A stretch of 10,403 bases of DNA from a bacterium (GTDB lineage Bacteria > Hydrothermota > 32-111). The notes under the pieces are model-generated. The model searched no databases and was not told the origin of the DNA. It saw nothing but the letters and a program-made list of their open reading frames with translations. Position numbers and translations under genes: made by a program. The DNA lies in contig JAWOBN010000042.1 in assembly GCA_046484245.1 (NCBI GenBank), positions 1-10,403 of the forward strand, written 5' to 3'. Below, piece by piece: positions 5,634-10,403 of this stretch (positions within the stretch are counted from its first letter, which is position 1; each line of letters begins with the position of its first letter).

Positions 5634-5994
5634 CAAGCATTTTCTCATACTCCTGGCATCAATGATTATAATAATAACATTGATGCTGCTTGCAGCCAGA
5701 CCCCTCACATTCTTTTCAAAGAGGGAGATTTCCGATGATGCTGCATATATACTTAAATTCTCTCAGATATGCAGGGATATTGATGAATATTACAGCAGCT
5801 CCGGCAGATACCCCAAAACACTGGATGAAATACCGTATAAACCCAAGGACGGACTGGATTCATTATTTGAGTACTCCGCTACATACAATCATTTCACATT
5901 CAGGACCCGTTTCCCTATTGACAGCAGTATTCTCATCATGACCCCGGACACATTAATAAAGCAGAAAATAGAAGGGCAGACAGATGAAGAATAG
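5623..5994 (+). CDS. Hypothetical membrane-anchored protein, pseudopilin (GspG-like) motif
   Basis: ATG 5623 overlaps the upstream gene's end. N-terminal TM helix, then IDEYYSSSGRYPKTLDEI resembling the GspG-type 'l..Y....G.YP..L..L'. No clear prepilin cleavage site. Confidence 0.65.
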   Translation: MTNNKHFLILLASMIIIITLMLLAARPLTFFSKREISDDAAYILKFSQICRDIDEYYSSSGRYPKTLDEIPYKPKDGLDSLFEYSATYNHFTFRTRFPIDSSILIMTPDTLIKQKIEGQTDEE

Positions 5995-7144
5995 AACATG
6001 GGCTGAGATCAATCTTGATAATCTGATAAACAATCTCAACAGTATAAAAGATTTTCTCAAGGATGACACATTGATACTGGCTGCTGTTAAAGGCAATGCT
6101 TACGGGCATGACAGTGTGATTGTTTCAGACGAGCTTTCCGAGCATATTGACTATTTCGGTGTTGCATCAGTTGACGAAGGTATTGAGCTGAGAAAGAACA
6201 GTATAGACAATCCCATTCTGGTTCTTTCCCCGACACTGACAGATGATATTGAGCGGATAATAGATTATGACCTTATCCCCAATATACACACTGTTGCTTA
6301 TGCACGGGCATTTTCACAATACTGTAATGAACATGGACTTACAAGACCGGTCCACATTGAAATTGACACAGGCATGAACAGGACAGGCATAGATTACAGG
6401 GAGGCATTTGACTGTATCAAGGATATATCATCAATGGACAATATCACAGTAGAGGGCATATTCTCCCATTTTGCAGAAGCTGAAAAAGAGATGGGGTTTG
6501 CTATTGAACAAAAACAGAGATTTGATATAATTACAGATAGATTAAAAGAAGAAGGTATTGATTTTAGAAGCCTGCATTTTGCTAATTCGGCAGCAATAGT
6601 CAATCAGGATAATATTGACTATAATATGGTGAGACCGGGTATCATGATCTACGGTCATTATGCTGATGAATCATTGAAAGACAAGATTGACCTCAAACCC
6701 GTAATGACCCTCAAAACTCGTGTATGCCAGGTCAAAATTTTAGAAAAGGGCGATACAGTGAGTTACAAACGGTCATTCAAAGCTGACAGAAGAATGAAGA
6801 TTGCAACAACACTGATAGGATACGGTGATGGATACTCCCGTCTTCTGTCAAACAGATCGCAGATGTATGTTAATGGTAAAAAGGCGGATGTGATAGGAAA
6901 GGTCTGCATGGACCTGACAATGCTTGATGTGTCACATATTGAAGATATCAAGCCGGGAGATGAAGTGGAGGTGTTCGGTGAAATAATATCAGTGGATGAA
7001 CTGGCCGGTATTTCCGGAATGATAAACTATGAGATACTCACAGGCATAGGTCCCCGTGTCCCGCGGATTTTTCTCAAAAACAATGAAATATACAAGATGA
7101 AAAATATTATGGCAAATGCCAATAACAGGAGGAACAATGAGTAA
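5984..7144 (+). CDS. alr: Alanine racemase
   Basis: AAVKGNAYGH (PLP lysine), HIEIDTGMNRTG, GIFSHF, HFANSAA, MVRPGIMIYG, GYGDGY and GKVCMD motifs. Confidence 0.98.
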   Translation: MKNRTWAEINLDNLINNLNSIKDFLKDDTLILAAVKGNAYGHDSVIVSDELSEHIDYFGVASVDEGIELRKNSIDNPILVLSPTLTDDIERIIDYDLIPNIHTVAYARAFSQYCNEHGLTRPVHIEIDTGMNRTGIDYREAFDCIKDISSMDNITVEGIFSHFAEAEKEMGFAIEQKQRFDIITDRLKEEGIDFRSLHFANSAAIVNQDNIDYNMVRPGIMIYGHYADESLKDKIDLKPVMTLKTRVCQVKILEKGDTVSYKRSFKADRRMKIATTLIGYGDGYSRLLSNRSQMYVNGKKADVIGKVCMDLTMLDVSHIEDIKPGDEVEVFGEIISVDELAGISGMINYEILTGIGPRVPRIFLKNNEIYKMKNIMANANNRRNNE

Positions 7145-7433
7145 GGATTCTGAAATCACTCTGATGGATGTTGTAAATCCATTTTATACACAGGCTCTTG
7201 TCTTTATGGGTGTCATGAATATACCCGATATGGAGACCAAGAAGGACCTTAAATTGGCAAAGCGCTCCATTGATACTATTGAATTTCTCAAGAACAAAAT
7301 GCAGGGGAATCTTAAAAAGGAAGAGGAAACACAGATTGAAGAGATTCTGATGCAGATGCAGATGCTCTTTGTTAAAGCCAAAGAAGAAGGAAATAATCCC
7401 GAAAAAAAAGAAGATAACGGGGAGGAAAAGTGA
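7137..7433 (+). CDS. DUF1844-like protein
   Basis: GGAGG RBS before ATG 7137. QALVFMG..N.P......DL.LAKRSIDTIEFLKNKMQGNL..EE......L..MQMLFV pattern. Confidence 0.8.
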   Translation: MSKDSEITLMDVVNPFYTQALVFMGVMNIPDMETKKDLKLAKRSIDTIEFLKNKMQGNLKKEEETQIEEILMQMQMLFVKAKEEGNNPEKKEDNGEEK

Positions 7434-9031
7434 AAAAGATATTCCTTTTATCATTAATTATTCTCATACTGGGCACAGTTGTATTTGCCCAGAGGGTTCA
7501 TATTGTCAAAAAAGGTGACACATTGTGGGATCTTGCAGGATTCTACTATGATAATCCTTTCTTATGGAGAAAGATATACAATGCCAATATGGACAAGATT
7601 GATGACCCGCACTGGATCTACCCCGGACAGGAATTTCTCATTCCCGATATACCGGCAGATGCGACAATGACAGAAATGCCTGAGGAAACAGTTGAAGAGA
7701 GGACACCCCGCGAGGTTATTGTTGACAAAACCCCTCAGAAGGGGGATATCACCTATGACAGAGGTGACAAGGAAGAGACCCTGGCTCAGATAAAGCGTGT
7801 AAGGGAAGACATTAAGAAGGTTGAGAAGACAAAGAGTATGAAGATATCCAATGCAGTCAATTATGCTGTTTCAAAGAAACTGGCATTCAAAGCAGGTTAT
7901 ATAACTGACACAGACCCCATGATAGGCAGACTGGGGGATCTCTATGACGGTTCACTCTCCTATACGACCAATGAGAAAGCATATATCCATCTGGATGATG
8001 AGACAGATGATATCATTGGCAAGGAACTGATTGTTTATGAGTGGGATAACAAGGTCCATACTGCTGATGGTGAATACCTCGGTAAACATGTTAAGATATT
8101 CGGCACAATAAAGGTTGAAGGTATTGAGAACAACAAAGCCTACGGCACTATAAAATCCACCTATGATATGATGAAAAAAGGCTTCAGGGTTGCCTATTAT
8201 ACACCGCCCATAATACCGCTGAATAATGCTTATCTCAAGGAAAACAAGGATATAAGGGCATCACTCATAGACAAGTCAGATACAGAGATGCGTATCAATG
8301 AATTCAGTATTGTATTCACTGATATTGGTGAAGAAGAGATGATCAATCACGGAGATGTCTTTACAATAATAAGGAAGAATGATGCAGGCCGTTACTATGC
8401 AGCAGGTGCTGTGCAGATTCTTGTACCTTATGACGGCTACTCAACTGCTGTTGTAATGTCCATCAAGGGCAATATTGACATAGCCGCTGTTGAAGAAATG
8501 AAATTGGCTTACAGGAATAAGAGCGCATTTCTCCTCAATCAGTACAAGCGTGTATCTGAGATGGAATCCGGGCTTACTGAGGAAGTGACAGAGGAAGAGA
8601 TTTCCGAAGAAGAGATCATGGAAGAAGAGGAAATCACAGAACCTGTTATAACTGAAGAGGAAGAATTTGAATTGATTGAAGAGGAAACAGTTGAAGAACA
8701 GACTATAGAAGAAGAGATGGAGATCACTGAGGAAGAAGAGACAGTTGTTGAAGAAACAGAGGTGGTTGAAGAGGAAACTGTTGAAGAGACAGAGGAAGAA
8801 GTGATTATTGAGGAAGAGGAAACTGAGGATGATTTCATTATTATTGAAGAAGAGGATACAGAGGATGAACCGCTCATTATAGAAGACGAGACAGAAGATG
8901 AATTCATCATTGAAGAGGAAGCAGTTGAAGACACAGAGGAAGAAGAAGGATTCATAATTGAGGAAGAAGAAGGTGAAGATGACTCTGTTGAAATTGAAGG
9001 AGAAGATGAAATAATCATCATAGAAGAATAA
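7430..9031 (+). CDS. Secreted LysM peptidoglycan-binding protein (TsaP-like N-terminus) with long acidic C-terminal tail
   Basis: Signal peptide MKKIFLLSLIILILGTVVFA. LysM HIVKKGDTLWDLA..YYDNPFLWRKIYNAN..KIDDPHWIYPGQ. Glu-rich tail. GTGA overlap with the upstream stop. Confidence 0.9.
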   Translation: MKKIFLLSLIILILGTVVFAQRVHIVKKGDTLWDLAGFYYDNPFLWRKIYNANMDKIDDPHWIYPGQEFLIPDIPADATMTEMPEETVEERTPREVIVDKTPQKGDITYDRGDKEETLAQIKRVREDIKKVEKTKSMKISNAVNYAVSKKLAFKAGYITDTDPMIGRLGDLYDGSLSYTTNEKAYIHLDDETDDIIGKELIVYEWDNKVHTADGEYLGKHVKIFGTIKVEGIENNKAYGTIKSTYDMMKKGFRVAYYTPPIIPLNNAYLKENKDIRASLIDKSDTEMRINEFSIVFTDIGEEEMINHGDVFTIIRKNDAGRYYAAGAVQILVPYDGYSTAVVMSIKGNIDIAAVEEMKLAYRNKSAFLLNQYKRVSEMESGLTEEVTEEEISEEEIMEEEEITEPVITEEEEFELIEEETVEEQTIEEEMEITEEEETVVEETEVVEEETVEETEEEVIIEEEETEDDFIIIEEEDTEDEPLIIEDETEDEFIIEEEAVEDTEEEEGFIIEEEEGEDDSVEIEGEDEIIIIEE

Positions 9032-9038
9032 GGAATAG

Positions 9039-9881
9039 ATGAGCAGATACAAGAAACTTCTCAAGAAAAAAAAGAATAATCAGAAGGCGGTTTTAATAAC
9101 CGCCTATGATTATGCTGCAGCAAAAATCATTGACGATTGTGATGTTGATGCAGTGCTTATGGGTGACTCTGCAGCAATGGTGGCTCTGGGTTATGAATCA
9201 ACCATTGAGATATCACTGGATGAGATCATCATGCTGGGCAAGGCTGTGCGCAGAGGTCTCACAAAACCGTATTATATTGTTGATATGCCCTTTCTCTCTT
9301 ACCAGCCCTCGCGGGAAGAAGCCATAAAGAATTGCGGCAGGGTGCTTCGTGAAACCAAATGCGACTCTGTCAAGATGGAGGGCGGCAGTGAGTATCTTGA
9401 TATAATCAAATCGGTTATTGATACAGGCATACCTGTATGCGGACATGTGGGTATGACTCCCCAGAGATTTAAAGTCTATAATGGCTATCCTGTGAAAGGA
9501 CAGTCGCATGAAGAAGCTGTGAGGATAATTAAGGATGCCATTGAGCTTGAGAAGGCAGGCATATCAATGCTGATAATTGAAAATGTGCCTGACAGGATAT
9601 CCTCATATATCACTGAAACCCTCAGGGTACCTGTTTATTCAATAGGATGCGGCACTGAAACTGACGGTCAGATAATAGTATATCATGACATCCTTGAGAT
9701 GTTTGAGGGATTCAAACCGCGTTTTGTAAAGATATACGGCCATATATCAAAGAATATCAAGAAAGCTGTAAGCGATTATGCCGGCGATGTCAGACACGGA
9801 AAATTCCCCCAGAAGAAAAGCATCCCCCATCTCAAGGAACCCGAAAAGAAGAAGATTAGAGAATTATTCCCCGATTTCTAA
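9039..9881 (+). CDS. panB: 3-methyl-2-oxobutanoate hydroxymethyltransferase
   Basis: ITAYDY, LMGDSAAM, VDMPFLSYQ, VKMEGG, GHVGMTPQ, DGQIIVYHDIL and PRFVKIY motifs. Confidence 0.98.
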   Translation: MSRYKKLLKKKKNNQKAVLITAYDYAAAKIIDDCDVDAVLMGDSAAMVALGYESTIEISLDEIIMLGKAVRRGLTKPYYIVDMPFLSYQPSREEAIKNCGRVLRETKCDSVKMEGGSEYLDIIKSVIDTGIPVCGHVGMTPQRFKVYNGYPVKGQSHEEAVRIIKDAIELEKAGISMLIIENVPDRISSYITETLRVPVYSIGCGTETDGQIIVYHDILEMFEGFKPRFVKIYGHISKNIKKAVSDYAGDVRHGKFPQKKSIPHLKEPEKKKIRELFPDF

Positions 9882-10267
9882 ATATTATAGAAGAATTTGT
9901 TGTCCAGTATTCTGAACTGTACTGCCTCTGCGATATGCTCTTCCCTGATATCCTTATACCCCTCCATATCAGCTATTGTCCTTGCAACCTTCTTTATCTT
10001 GTTTATGGAGCGGGGGGAGAAACCGTAATGCTCCACTGCATTTTTAAGCAGAGAAACAGATGAATTATCCAGTGAACAGTATCTCTTGATATACCTTGAT
10101 GTGAGATGCGCATTGCGCCTTATATGCTTCAGTTTGGAGTATCTATCATTCTGTTTTTCAACTGTGCTTTCAACCCTTTCCCTGATATCTTCTGATGATT
10201 CTGACATTGAGTCAGACTGCAGTTTCATGAAATCCGTTCTGGGCACCTCTATGTGTATGTCTATACG
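9878..10267 (-). CDS. comM: ComM/YifB-family Mg-chelatase-like AAA+ ATPase, C-terminal fragment (5' part missing)
   Basis: The frame extends beyond the track start: RIDIHIEVPR...ESSEDIRERV...FSPRSINKIKKVARTIADMEG...HIAEAVQFR. Homology stops at about 10267. Confidence 0.9.
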   Translation of the reverse strand, partial: RIDIHIEVPRTDFMKLQSDSMSESSEDIRERVESTVEKQNDRYSKLKHIRRNAHLTSRYIKRYCSLDNSSVSLLKNAVEHYGFSPRSINKIKKVARTIADMEGYKDIREEHIAEAVQFRILDNKFFYNI

Positions 10268-10403
10268 TCCACGGCATCGTGCTGGTGGGGACCATGGTAG
10301 CCCTGGGCCACGCGGCCACGCCCCTGGAGCAGCTGGTCGGCTTCATCGCGGTGATCCTCGCGGCCGGTAACGCAGTCGGCGGCTACGTGGTGACCGAACG
10401 CAT
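10267..10403 (+). CDS. pntA: Internal fragment of NAD(P) transhydrogenase subunit alpha membrane part, high GC
   Basis: Frame from 10267 reads VHGIVLVGTMVALGHAATPLEQLVGFIAVILAAGNAVGGYVVTER, matching the PntA C-terminal 'HGI.LVG...N..GGY.VT.RM' motif. 92/133 GC over 10271-10403. Not listed in the ORF track. Confidence 0.85.

Noticed and set aside
8441..9064. Antisense Phe-rich (207 aa) and Ser-rich (160 aa) ORFs
   Set aside because: These are by-products of GAA/GAG-rich codons on the sense strand, which leave few antisense stops.
655..9509. Remaining short track ORFs nested in or antisense to tonB, the IF-2B-like gene, DUF59, alr, DUF1844, LysM and panB
   Set aside because: They overlap well-supported genes and show no independent RBS or motif support.
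10086..10370. 94-aa ORF spanning the junction
   Set aside because: It is antisense to comM and then out of frame with pntA; an artefact of the chimeric join.

Overview
AT-rich (~40% GC) bacterial window, probably a diderm given the TonB proteins. Coding content: two tandem TonB C-terminal-domain genes, a small sigma-54-driven membrane-protein gene, a MATE transporter, a PfpI/DJ-1 protein, an eIF-2B/IF-2B-family protein, and a tightly coupled operon (DUF59/SufT-like, pseudopilin-like, alr, DUF1844, LysM protein with a very acidic tail, panB). A ComM/YifB 3' fragment is joined abruptly to a ~69% GC pntA fragment, most likely a chimeric contig end. The most interesting signals are non-coding. 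(1) An array of three ~91-bp structured repeats at 1-387 whose units end in a tmRNA-type 3' sequence. (2) A 20/21-bp inverted repeat bracketing the small gene: one copy starts at the predicted sigma-54 transcription start, the other forms the loop of the 3' hairpin, so the mRNA ends could pair or the segment could invert. (3) A family of MITE-like palindromic elements sharing the terminus ACCCGGGATTTGGA. All calls are by eye; no searches were run.
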